Shown here: positions 45,122 to 53,042 of the stretch, piece after piece
Layout: every line of letters starts with the position of its first letter
Numbering within the stretch: position 1 is the first letter of the stretch
NCBI GenBank assembly: GCA_964453155.1
Contig: CAYVQU010000004.1
Span: 1,958 to 65,957, forward strand
From: an uncultured Anaerolineales bacterium
GTDB taxonomy: Bacteria; Chloroflexota; Anaerolineae; Anaerolineales; UBA11858
Reading direction: 5' to 3'
DNA: 64,000 nt
The notes under the pieces: generated by a model
Told to the model about the DNA's origin: nothing
The model's input: the letters and a program-made list of their open reading frames with translations, nothing else
Database searches by the model: none
Translations under genes and position numbers: made by a program

Positions 45122-45431
45122 TTTGTTCTCCCGGCACAGGATTATCCGATTCGGTCAAGGTAGTCATAAAAGTTGTTAGCCGTTCACGATCAGCGGCGGT
45201 AAATGTAACCCTTAATGCGTTTGCCAGTGCGCCTTTCAGTCCATTTTCCCAACAGGCGAGGTTTTCATGAAGATACGCTCCCCGCCCTGCCAGCTTTCCG
45301 CTGGGGTCGACTTGTACACCTTCGGTTGTGCGTACAATCCGGATCAAGCCTCGTTTCGACTGGACGGTGCGACAACCAACACACGTTCGTTGGGGAATAT
45401 GTTTTCTTTTGCGCTTTGTCTTCTTCGTCAC
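45114..45431 (-). CDS. ylxR: YlxR/RnpM family RNA-binding protein (DUF448)
   Basis: 'RTCVGCR' motif. It overlaps infB by 8 nt. It has a GTG start with no obvious SD, so the start is uncertain. Confidence 0.8.
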   Translation of the reverse strand: MTKKTKRKRKHIPQRTCVGCRTVQSKRGLIRIVRTTEGVQVDPSGKLAGRGAYLHENLACWENGLKGALANALRVTFTAADRERLTTFMTTLTESDNPVPGEQNE

Positions 45432-45711
45432 CGGCTACTATGTTACTTACTTGCTGACAAAATAATCCGAAACCGCATTTAGTCAGCAATCATATTTTTG
45501 TGAATTTGTAAAACTTCTAACTAGTTGCAGTTGGGCAAAAAACTTAGATCAAAAATCAAATTCCCTGCCCAACCACTTAAGTCAATTCTGGTGGAACGCA
45601 AATTTCGGTTTCGACGGTGATTTGATTCAAACCATCATCCGAAATTTGTAGTTGTTGTGCGGAAAACCAGACTGATTTATTGATCCTGATTAAACCGCAT
45701 AACACCAACAC

Positions 45712-47661
45712 CTAGAAGTCCCAATCATCTTCCCATTCTTCAAAACCATCACCACTGTCGCGTTTGCGCTTCTTGCGGTAAATGGTGACATCCTGATCGG
45801 GATCGTACTCGACATCGACGAATTTCTTGCGTCGTTTTTTCTTGGATTTCTGATCGCCGGTGTCTTTCTCATCCTCCGGCAGATCGAGCATTTCGGGTTT
45901 GAGTTTGAAGATTTCCTCCAGGGAGGCGGGTAATTCTTCTTCATCTTCTTCACCCTCAGGTTTGGCAGGTTCTGGTACCTGTTCCGCCTCAACAACTTCG
46001 GCCGCCTCAGCTTTAACTGGGGCCACAGGTTCTTCAGCTTCGGGTTTTTCGACTGCTTCAACCGCTTCTGGTGTTTCTGCAACCTCCTCGGCTGCTTCAA
46101 CTTCTGGAGCTTCTTCAGCGGTTGGCTCAACTTCGGGTTCGGGCTCAGGTTCAGGTTCCGGTAAGGTTGCGGTGAGGGCCTCGAAGGCTTCTTTGATGTT
46201 TTCAATGGTTTTGTCGCCGATCCCATCTAAATCAGTGATTTTGCTGGAATCGAAGAAAACCTGGACCATCAAATCGCCAACAGTGAAGTATTCGGCCTCT
46301 TCCAGAGCCGCGTTGACTTTCTTGGTCAACCCCAAAATGAGAACTGGGAGATCCGCGGCCGCTTCGGGAACGGCATCTTGGGCAGCCTGCAGTCGTTGTT
46401 CGTACTCTTCCTTAATGATCTGACGGCGTTGGATCACACCATGCTCTACCCGATCGACAAAGCTACCCATCAGGTGATATTCTTCCGGCGTGATTGGGCG
46501 GCCTTCAGATTTCTTAGCCATAATCGTTTCGATCTGCGGAATGATATCTTCTTCCTGGCGTTTAAAAATCCGGTATTCTTCATTGCTCTGCAGTTTGAAC
46601 AGAAGCTCAGAGGCCGCTTCGGGCAGGCTCTTGATGTCGATTCGCCAGCCAGTGAGTTTGGCGGCCAAACGTGCGTTTTGGCCATCGCGACCGATTGCCA
46701 AGCTAAGTTGGTCTTCGGGGACGACAACAGTAGCCGTTTTTGGACCACTCAAGTTTTCATCTAAATAAACGCCAGTGACGCGCGCCGGGCTGAGGGCTTT
46801 GGCGATGTAAGCCGATGGGTCAGGATTCCATTCGATGACGTCAATTTTTTCGTCGTTGAGTTCGCGGACAATTGTTTGAATGCGAACCCCGCGAATTCCC
46901 ACGCAAGCCCCAACGGGGTCCACTCCAGGTTGGAGGGCCGCGACGGCGACTTTCGAACGGTAGCCAGGCTCGCGCGAAATCGAGCGAATTTCGACCATCC
47001 CATGATAAATTTCGGGAACTTCATTTTCGAGCAAGCGCCGCAAGAAATCACGGTGGGCCCGGGACAGAATTATTTGAGGGCCGCGCGGCGTAGACTTGAT
47101 TTCGAGCAGCAAGGCCCGAATGCGGTCGTGAACGCGGAAAAATTCGCGCGGGATTTGTTGATTGCGCGGCATAATGCCTTCGGCTTTGAGTTCTAGACCC
47201 AAATTGACCCCTTTGACATTAATGGCCTGCACAATCCCATTGACGATTTCGCCAACCTGTTTTTCATAGTAACCAAATTGAGCATCCCGTTCGGCTTCCC
47301 GAATCCGTTGCTGGATGACCTGACGCGCGGTTTGGGCTGCCACCCGGCCAAAATTTTTCGGCGTGCTCTCAACAATGACCATACTACCGATCTCGGTGGT
47401 CGGATCGACTTGTTTGGCTGCGGGCAAGGCTACTTCAGTGCGCTCGTCCTGCACATCTTCAACGACTTCTTTTTCGGCAAAGATAGCGACCTGACCATTG
47501 TCGGGGTTAATTTTGGCTTCTACATGTTGGGCATTTGAAGCGTTTACTGAGCGGCGATAAGCCGAAACCATGGCCGCTTCGATGGCTTCAACCACCACTG
47601 TTTTAGGAAGACCGCGGTCTTCTAATACCTCATTTAAGGCTAATGCAAAATCGTTCTTCAT
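45712..47661 (-). CDS. nusA: Transcription termination/antitermination factor NusA with a long acidic-then-basic C-terminal extension
   Basis: NusA N-terminal domain, S1 and two KH regions, one HhH-like repeat, then a PEPEPEPEPE/Glu-rich tail and KKKRRKK...DDWDF. Confidence 0.92.
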   Translation of the reverse strand: MKNDFALALNEVLEDRGLPKTVVVEAIEAAMVSAYRRSVNASNAQHVEAKINPDNGQVAIFAEKEVVEDVQDERTEVALPAAKQVDPTTEIGSMVIVESTPKNFGRVAAQTARQVIQQRIREAERDAQFGYYEKQVGEIVNGIVQAINVKGVNLGLELKAEGIMPRNQQIPREFFRVHDRIRALLLEIKSTPRGPQIILSRAHRDFLRRLLENEVPEIYHGMVEIRSISREPGYRSKVAVAALQPGVDPVGACVGIRGVRIQTIVRELNDEKIDVIEWNPDPSAYIAKALSPARVTGVYLDENLSGPKTATVVVPEDQLSLAIGRDGQNARLAAKLTGWRIDIKSLPEAASELLFKLQSNEEYRIFKRQEEDIIPQIETIMAKKSEGRPITPEEYHLMGSFVDRVEHGVIQRRQIIKEEYEQRLQAAQDAVPEAAADLPVLILGLTKKVNAALEEAEYFTVGDLMVQVFFDSSKITDLDGIGDKTIENIKEAFEALTATLPEPEPEPEPEVEPTAEEAPEVEAAEEVAETPEAVEAVEKPEAEEPVAPVKAEAAEVVEAEQVPEPAKPEGEEDEEELPASLEEIFKLKPEMLDLPEDEKDTGDQKSKKKRRKKFVDVEYDPDQDVTIYRKKRKRDSGDGFEEWEDDWDF

Positions 47662-47780
47662 TACTTAGTTCTCCATACAAATCAAACGCGTGGGTGGAAG
47701 TGGTCCCCAGACACAAAGAAAAGTGGGGGTTGCCCACTTCTCCGACGGAACCAAGATTGCTTCCACCCTAAGCGCTGGTG

Positions 47781-47809
47781 ATTGTAGCATGGATCATTTT
47801 CCATGACAA
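47781..47809 (-). promoter_or_regulatory. Sigma70-type promoter of the nusA operon
   Basis: On the minus strand: TTGTCA (47809-47804), a 17-nt spacer, then TACAAT (47786-47781). It lies directly after the stop of the upstream gene. Confidence 0.65.
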
Positions 47810-47811
47810 GG

Positions 47812-50424
47812 TTAACGATAATTGACCAGAATTGTCTCAAGAAATTCTAGTTCCTGGGCTTGGTTTTTGACGATTTCTTCAATCCATGCTATTTGTAATT
47901 CTGTCAGAATTTCTTTGAAAGCGGGACCGGGTTCCAAACCCTGGGCTGCGAGATCGTGGCCGGTGGTGTGAGGCTGAATATCTTTCCATTTGGTCACGAA
48001 ATTTTTGAGAGCTGCTGTGATCTCAGAATCATCAATTGCCAGATACGTACAGTAAATGACCAGGTTCGGGGTTTTTTCCAGTCGAATTAGATAATCACTG
48101 GAAGTGGCGTTCGAAAATCCTTGGAGATCGCGCCATAATTGCGACGAATCCCGAATCAGATCTTTGATGACGCGCGGAAATCGCAAGCGTTTTACGATCT
48201 CTAAGATGTGGTTTTTCGGTAGGCGAATCAACCACAGGGCGTAAGTAATCGCTCGGCTGGCCGGGATTCCTTTTAAATCTGAGTCAATTTGCCATTCGGA
48301 ATGGGGCGCCGTCAACTTTCGAATATGGGCTAACAACCAGTCATCACATTCCAACTGGGGATGAATAGCCGTTAGAATGCCAAGTTTTTGGAGCCGATCT
48401 ACCATCGCGGCCGCGTTGGATTCATTCAAAATATTGTCAATCTCATGCCGCACCCGATCCCCTGAAACCCGAGCCATTAACGGTCGGGCTTGGAGAAGCA
48501 GTTCCAGAGTCCGCGGCCCAATTTGGAACCCATAACGCTGTTCGTAGCGGACCGCGCGTAGCATCCGGGTGGGGTCATCGACGAATGAAATTGAGTGCAA
48601 TACGCGCACCAAGCCCTGCCGGATGTCGTTATGGCCACCCCAGTAGTCAAGCAGTTGGCCGTAATGGTGTCCATCAAGGCGGAGAGCTAGGGTATTAATT
48701 GTGAAGTCGCGGCGATGCAGGTCAAGTTTGATGCTACCGCGCTCCACGGTAGGTAGGGCGGTCGGGTGGGAGTAAAATTCGCGCCGGGCAGTGATGAAGT
48801 CCAGAGTTGTGGGTATAGGGTTCGGGGTAGTTTGATCGCCGGCAACGAATTGGGCCACATTTTCAGGTGACAAAAACCATTTGGCGGTTCCAAAACGCTG
48901 GTGGGTTGTGATGCGGCCGCCAAATTTCCGCTCGACGGCCTGAGCCAAAGAAATGGCATCGCCTTCCACCACGAGATCGAAATCCAGGCTGGCGTAATCG
49001 AGCAGTAAATCGCGCACAAACCCGCCCACGATATAGAGGGCGACTTTTTGATCTTGAGCAAGGGTGGCAATTTCTTGGAGTAGTTTTAGCCGTTCGGGGG
49101 GCAAGGCTTGCTCTAATTTAGTCGCTAAGTTTTGTTTCCCAGTTTGGATCGTTTGGGGTGCCAGGGTTTTGAGCAGATCGGTGCGGGTCACAATGCCGAT
49201 GATTGTTTTATCACTGGGATCAATGACTGGAATCTGTCCCCAGCCAGAATTGGTCATCACAGTTTGGAGTTCTTCAATCGAAGCCTCTGGTGTAATATAA
49301 ACATTCCCAGCTTCCATGAGCGCGCCAGCTTTGAGATTCAAGCGATGGGATAGCGTCCGATCGACTGCCCGGCGGGTTACCAGCCCAACAATTTCTCCCG
49401 CTTCTACGACCGGATAGCCTGAATATCCAAACCGTTGAATACGGCGTTCGATTTCTTGGACCGACGTATTGGGTTCCAAAATACTTGGAACGCCAGACAT
49501 GATTTCTGCTACCCGAATTGCAGGTTGAATATGATCTGGCAGGATTTGGCGTAATTCCTGGTGAATGATTTCCCGCTCCCCAGATTTGATCAGGGCTGCC
49601 GCGGCCCGTGGGTGGCCGCCACCACCAAAATGGGCCGCGATGTGAGCCACATTGATGTTGTCATTGGTTGAACGAGCGATTAGCTGCACCCCACCCCGAA
49701 TATCAATTAGCAGGATGATGGCATCGGGGTCGAGCAAATCTCGCATTTTGTGGGCGATGGTGGAGAGTTCCTCATCCATGCCGCGGGCGTTGCCTGGTGC
49801 GACAATCACCCGATATCCACCGATATTGAGATCTTCGGCCGCCGCGCGGAGTTGGTCGTAGATATTCTGTTGATCTATCGACAAGGGATGATTTAAAAAA
49901 TCAGTGATGATGGTGATATTGGCCCCCAAATCAAGTAAATCCGCGGCAGCCCGAATGTCGCGCGTCGTCGTGCGGGAATAGGTCAGTGAACCAGTATCCT
50001 CATAAATTCCTAACAGTAATAAGGTTGCCTGCGAAACGCTCAAAGTTATGCCACGGGCTTTTATCTCCTCAACAAAAACAGTGGTATTGGCTCCAGTGGT
50101 CGTAATCCGTACATCCCAACCTGCTGGAATATCTGGGCGCTCATCATGGTGGTCGATAACGTGGACGGTTGTACCCGGATGCATTCCCTTGATACTGGTC
50201 AGGGATTGGGTGTCCACCAGGCAAACTGAGGCAATCGGGTCCGCGGCGACATCGCGGGGATCGACAAAAGGCAAATCAGCGCCATAAATCGTTATGAAAG
50301 CCCGAACATTGCGATTTATCCGGCGCGGTAATATCGGCACCGCGGTCTCATTCAGCAGCGCGGCTCCCAGTAGAGAGGCGATGCCGTCAAAATCAGTTTG
50401 TTCGTGAGTAAGGATAATGCGCAT
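47812..50424 (-). CDS. cca: Multidomain DHH/DHHA1 - CBS pair - class II tRNA nucleotidyltransferase (CCA-adding/poly(A) polymerase family) fusion protein
   Basis: N-terminal DFDGIAS, VIDHHD and GGGHPRAAAA (DHH/DHHA1). A central tandem CBS region follows, then YIVGGFVRDLLL...DFDLVV (nucleotidyltransferase head) and a tail domain. Confidence 0.85.
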   Translation of the reverse strand: MRIILTHEQTDFDGIASLLGAALLNETAVPILPRRINRNVRAFITIYGADLPFVDPRDVAADPIASVCLVDTQSLTSIKGMHPGTTVHVIDHHDERPDIPAGWDVRITTTGANTTVFVEEIKARGITLSVSQATLLLLGIYEDTGSLTYSRTTTRDIRAAADLLDLGANITIITDFLNHPLSIDQQNIYDQLRAAAEDLNIGGYRVIVAPGNARGMDEELSTIAHKMRDLLDPDAIILLIDIRGGVQLIARSTNDNINVAHIAAHFGGGGHPRAAAALIKSGEREIIHQELRQILPDHIQPAIRVAEIMSGVPSILEPNTSVQEIERRIQRFGYSGYPVVEAGEIVGLVTRRAVDRTLSHRLNLKAGALMEAGNVYITPEASIEELQTVMTNSGWGQIPVIDPSDKTIIGIVTRTDLLKTLAPQTIQTGKQNLATKLEQALPPERLKLLQEIATLAQDQKVALYIVGGFVRDLLLDYASLDFDLVVEGDAISLAQAVERKFGGRITTHQRFGTAKWFLSPENVAQFVAGDQTTPNPIPTTLDFITARREFYSHPTALPTVERGSIKLDLHRRDFTINTLALRLDGHHYGQLLDYWGGHNDIRQGLVRVLHSISFVDDPTRMLRAVRYEQRYGFQIGPRTLELLLQARPLMARVSGDRVRHEIDNILNESNAAAMVDRLQKLGILTAIHPQLECDDWLLAHIRKLTAPHSEWQIDSDLKGIPASRAITYALWLIRLPKNHILEIVKRLRFPRVIKDLIRDSSQLWRDLQGFSNATSSDYLIRLEKTPNLVIYCTYLAIDDSEITAALKNFVTKWKDIQPHTTGHDLAAQGLEPGPAFKEILTELQIAWIEEIVKNQAQELEFLETILVNYR

Positions 50425-50549
50425 TGCGGAAATTGGATTGCAGAATTTGGATTGGTTTTGTCAAAGATATTGTACAACAAAAATTGCGGTCTGGAATGCT
50501 TGGTGAGTGGTGAGTGGGTGCCCACTATCCTCAACTTTCAACCCTCCAC

Positions 50550-50558
50550 TGTTATAAT
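50550..50558 (+). promoter_or_regulatory. Extended -10 promoter element placed for a leaderless transcript
   Basis: TGTTATAAT (50550-50558) lies 7 nt before ATG 50566. No SD is present. Confidence 0.45.
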
Positions 50559-50565
50559 CAGCGCG

Positions 50566-50892
50566 ATGGATATTAAAGAGCTGACAAAAAACATGCATGC
50601 TTTTGTGCGGGCTAAGGGGTGGTATGAGGCTGACAGTTTGCGCCCCCAATCATTGCGCAATCTGGCAATCTCATTAAATCTAGAAGCCTCCGAAGTATTG
50701 GAGCATTTTCAATGGAATGGTGAATTGGAGAAACCCGAGGAATTGGCTGGTGAATTGGCCGATGTAGCTCTCTATTTGTTACAAATTGCCAGTCTGGCGA
50801 AGATTGATTTAGAGGCAGCCATTCTCCAAAAATTGAAGCGCAACTATCAGCGTACTTGGGATGATGATCAACTGGATGGGCCAGGCAAATGA
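50566..50892 (+). CDS. MazG-like nucleotide pyrophosphohydrolase
   Basis: 108 aa after trimming to MDIKELTKNMHAFV. 'EASEVLEHFQW...ELAGELADVALYLL' is the MazG EExxE/ExxD helix pattern. Confidence 0.75.
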   Translation: MDIKELTKNMHAFVRAKGWYEADSLRPQSLRNLAISLNLEASEVLEHFQWNGELEKPEELAGELADVALYLLQIASLAKIDLEAAILQKLKRNYQRTWDDDQLDGPGK

Positions 50893-51458
50893 CAGATTCT
50901 CAAAATAGACTTAGGCGTGTCACGGTATTTGGTGGTTCGCTGCCCAAACCTGGGGAATCGGCTTATCAGGATGCTTTTAAATTAGGCCAACTTTTAGGCG
51001 AAATGGGTTGTGCCGTATTGACTGGTGGATATATCGGAACCATGGAGGCGGTTTCGCGGGGCGCGGCTGAAAATGGTGGTCATGTCATCGGTGTGACCTG
51101 CGATGAAATCGAAAGCTGGCGGCCGGTAGCCCCAAATCAATGGGTTATGGAGGAAATGCGATATCCCACTTTGCGCCAACGGTTGTATGCCTTAATTGAT
51201 CATTGTGACTTGGCGATGGCCCTCCCCGGTGGGATTGGTACCCTGGCCGAAATTGCTGTGATGTGGTCCCAACTTCAAACTGGGGCCAGTCAACCCCGAC
51301 CTATGATCCTTATTGGCTCAGGCTGGGAGGCCACAATTACCACTTTTTTTACAACCCTAAGCGAATACACTCCCGAAAAAGACCGCCGCTGGCTCCATTT
51401 TGCCTCCGATATTGACGCCGCTTTCCAGCTCTTCCAATCTCTAACCCCTAATCCCTAA
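50889..51458 (+). CDS. LOG/TIGR00725 family Rossmann-fold protein
   Basis: 'VTVFGGS', 'VLTGGYIGTMEAVSRGA' and 'LPGGIGTLAEI'. The start overlaps the mazG-like stop (ATGA). Confidence 0.75.
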   Translation: MTDSQNRLRRVTVFGGSLPKPGESAYQDAFKLGQLLGEMGCAVLTGGYIGTMEAVSRGAAENGGHVIGVTCDEIESWRPVAPNQWVMEEMRYPTLRQRLYALIDHCDLAMALPGGIGTLAEIAVMWSQLQTGASQPRPMILIGSGWEATITTFFTTLSEYTPEKDRRWLHFASDIDAAFQLFQSLTPNP

Positions 51459-51469
51459 CCCCTATTCGT

Positions 51470-52285
51470 ATGCCTGCCATCCAACCCGCCCGGTTAAAAA
51501 TTCAAGTCGCCAATATGGTGGATAAATACACCGCGCCCAAAGATTTTTTGAAAGAATTGGTCGCGATCTATGAATTCTATGCTGATCGTACCAAGCGGCC
51601 CGGCAAAGGGAGACCCGGTTTTTCTTTGCTCCAAGCTTACTATATTCCCCGGCAGGTTACCCGGCAAATAGAAGCGTTGCTAAAACCGGTCGTACAAGCT
51701 GACCCTGAAGCGGGTTTTAACCTTGCGGATGCGATTTGGGAACATGAATGGCTAGAATGTCAGGTTTTGGCACTCGATATCGTTGGGTGGCTGCCTCCTG
51801 ATCCTATCGAAGAAGTTACCTTGCGGATCAAAAATTGGGGTCCTTCTTGTGGTGAAGATCGTCATTTGGCTGCGGCCCTCACTCGCAGTTGTAGCCGAAT
51901 TCGACTTGAACAACCCCCAATTTTTTTCCAAATTCTAGAAAACTGGCTGACCAGCGCTAATACTGCGGCCCGAAGAATAGGTTTGCGACTAATTCCATCC
52001 CTGGTCGCTGACCCCGAGTTTTCCAATTTGCCAGCAATTTTTAATTTGATTTCCAGGGTCTTCCAGGGGGAAGCACGGTCAAGTAATGAAGATCTGCTGG
52101 TTGCCATTGAAGCTTTGATCCAGAAATCCCCTCAAGAAACAGCGTACTTTTTGCGGCAAGCTGTAACCCGGTTCAATCAGCCGGAAATCGAAACGCTCAT
52201 CCGCAACAGTTTACCGGCTTTCCCTACTCATATTCGAGATAATTTACGGAGATTTTTACGCGACCGGCGGGAAACATTAGCATAA
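51470..52285 (+). CDS. Hypothetical protein (helical-repeat/HEAT-like; function unknown)
   Basis: 271-aa ORF 11 nt after the upstream gene. Its composition is helix-rich, with no motif I can name confidently. Confidence 0.55.
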   Translation: MPAIQPARLKIQVANMVDKYTAPKDFLKELVAIYEFYADRTKRPGKGRPGFSLLQAYYIPRQVTRQIEALLKPVVQADPEAGFNLADAIWEHEWLECQVLALDIVGWLPPDPIEEVTLRIKNWGPSCGEDRHLAAALTRSCSRIRLEQPPIFFQILENWLTSANTAARRIGLRLIPSLVADPEFSNLPAIFNLISRVFQGEARSSNEDLLVAIEALIQKSPQETAYFLRQAVTRFNQPEIETLIRNSLPAFPTHIRDNLRRFLRDRRETLA

Positions 52286-52292
52286 CCTGACC

Positions 52293-52321
52293 TTGCATCT
52301 CCAAATTCTCTTTGGTATAAT
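52293..52321 (+). promoter_or_regulatory. Sigma70-type promoter of rpsO
   Basis: TTGCAT (52293-52298), a 17-nt spacer, then TATAAT (52316-52321). It leaves a leader of about 135 nt. Confidence 0.7.
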
Positions 52322-52462
52322 CCGCCCGCTGACTGCCAAGGTCAGCGCACTGACTAGACCGGTTGGTGGCTTTTGTTGATGGGTTGTACCCGTCAAGGGG
52401 CTGCTGGCTTGGAGACCTGCTAGACAGAAAAAACGAAAAAAGTAATAGGAGCAGCAGACGTC

Positions 52463-52735
52463 ATGTCATTAGATAAAGAATTAAAAACCAGTGTTGTCGA
52501 GGAATACTCCCGACACGAAAATGATACCGGATCCCCTGAAGTTCAGGTTGCGGTATTGACCAAACGAATCGAACAGCTTACGGATCATCTGCGAACCCAC
52601 AAGCACGATGAATCCTCCCGCCGGGGTTTGCTCAAAATGGTTGGGCGCCGGCGCCGTTTATTAAAGTATATTCGCAGCAAAGATTATCAGCGCTATTTGG
52701 CTCTGATTGAGCGGCTGAATATCCGCCACCGGTAA
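52463..52735 (+). CDS. rpsO: 30S ribosomal protein S15
   Basis: 90 aa. '[50 protein letters not shown]' is the canonical S15 sequence. Confidence 0.97.
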   Translation: MSLDKELKTSVVEEYSRHENDTGSPEVQVAVLTKRIEQLTDHLRTHKHDESSRRGLLKMVGRRRRLLKYIRSKDYQRYLALIERLNIRHR

Positions 52736-52745
52736 GAAACTGTCC

Positions 52746-52789
52746 CGAGTAGATGGTCACGCAGGTCTAATCATCTACTCGCTTTTTTT
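52746..52789 (+). terminator. Intrinsic terminator after rpsO
   Basis: CGAGTAGATG (52746-52755) pairs with CATCTACTCG (52772-52781), followed by CTTTTTTT. Confidence 0.85.
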
Positions 52790-53042
52790 ATCCCCTTGTT
52801 TTGGGGATTACGCGGCCCCGTTGAGCGGTTCAACGGTTTTGCGGTAAGGGTGGGCAGGTTAGGAACGAATGTCTAAATCTGTTAAAAAACTTAAGATTGT
52901 ATGATTGAGACAAACCTGATGACAGGTTATTGTCTCATTTAACTTATTAATGGCCCGTCTTACTGTTGGGAATTGGGACCTGACTACAAATCTTTGTACT
53001 TAGCTCCCAATCCCTAACCAGCGGGCCCCCATTACGGAGGTA

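Noticed and set aside
45690-46226. 178-aa extremely basic (K/R/P-rich) ORF overlapping the NusA tail in another frame, plus the plus-strand Ser/Gly-rich ORF 45860-46423
   Set aside because: Both are frame-shifted or antisense readings of the GAA/GAG/CCA-rich DNA that encodes the acidic NusA tail. The NusA frame is continuous with the conserved N-terminal domains.
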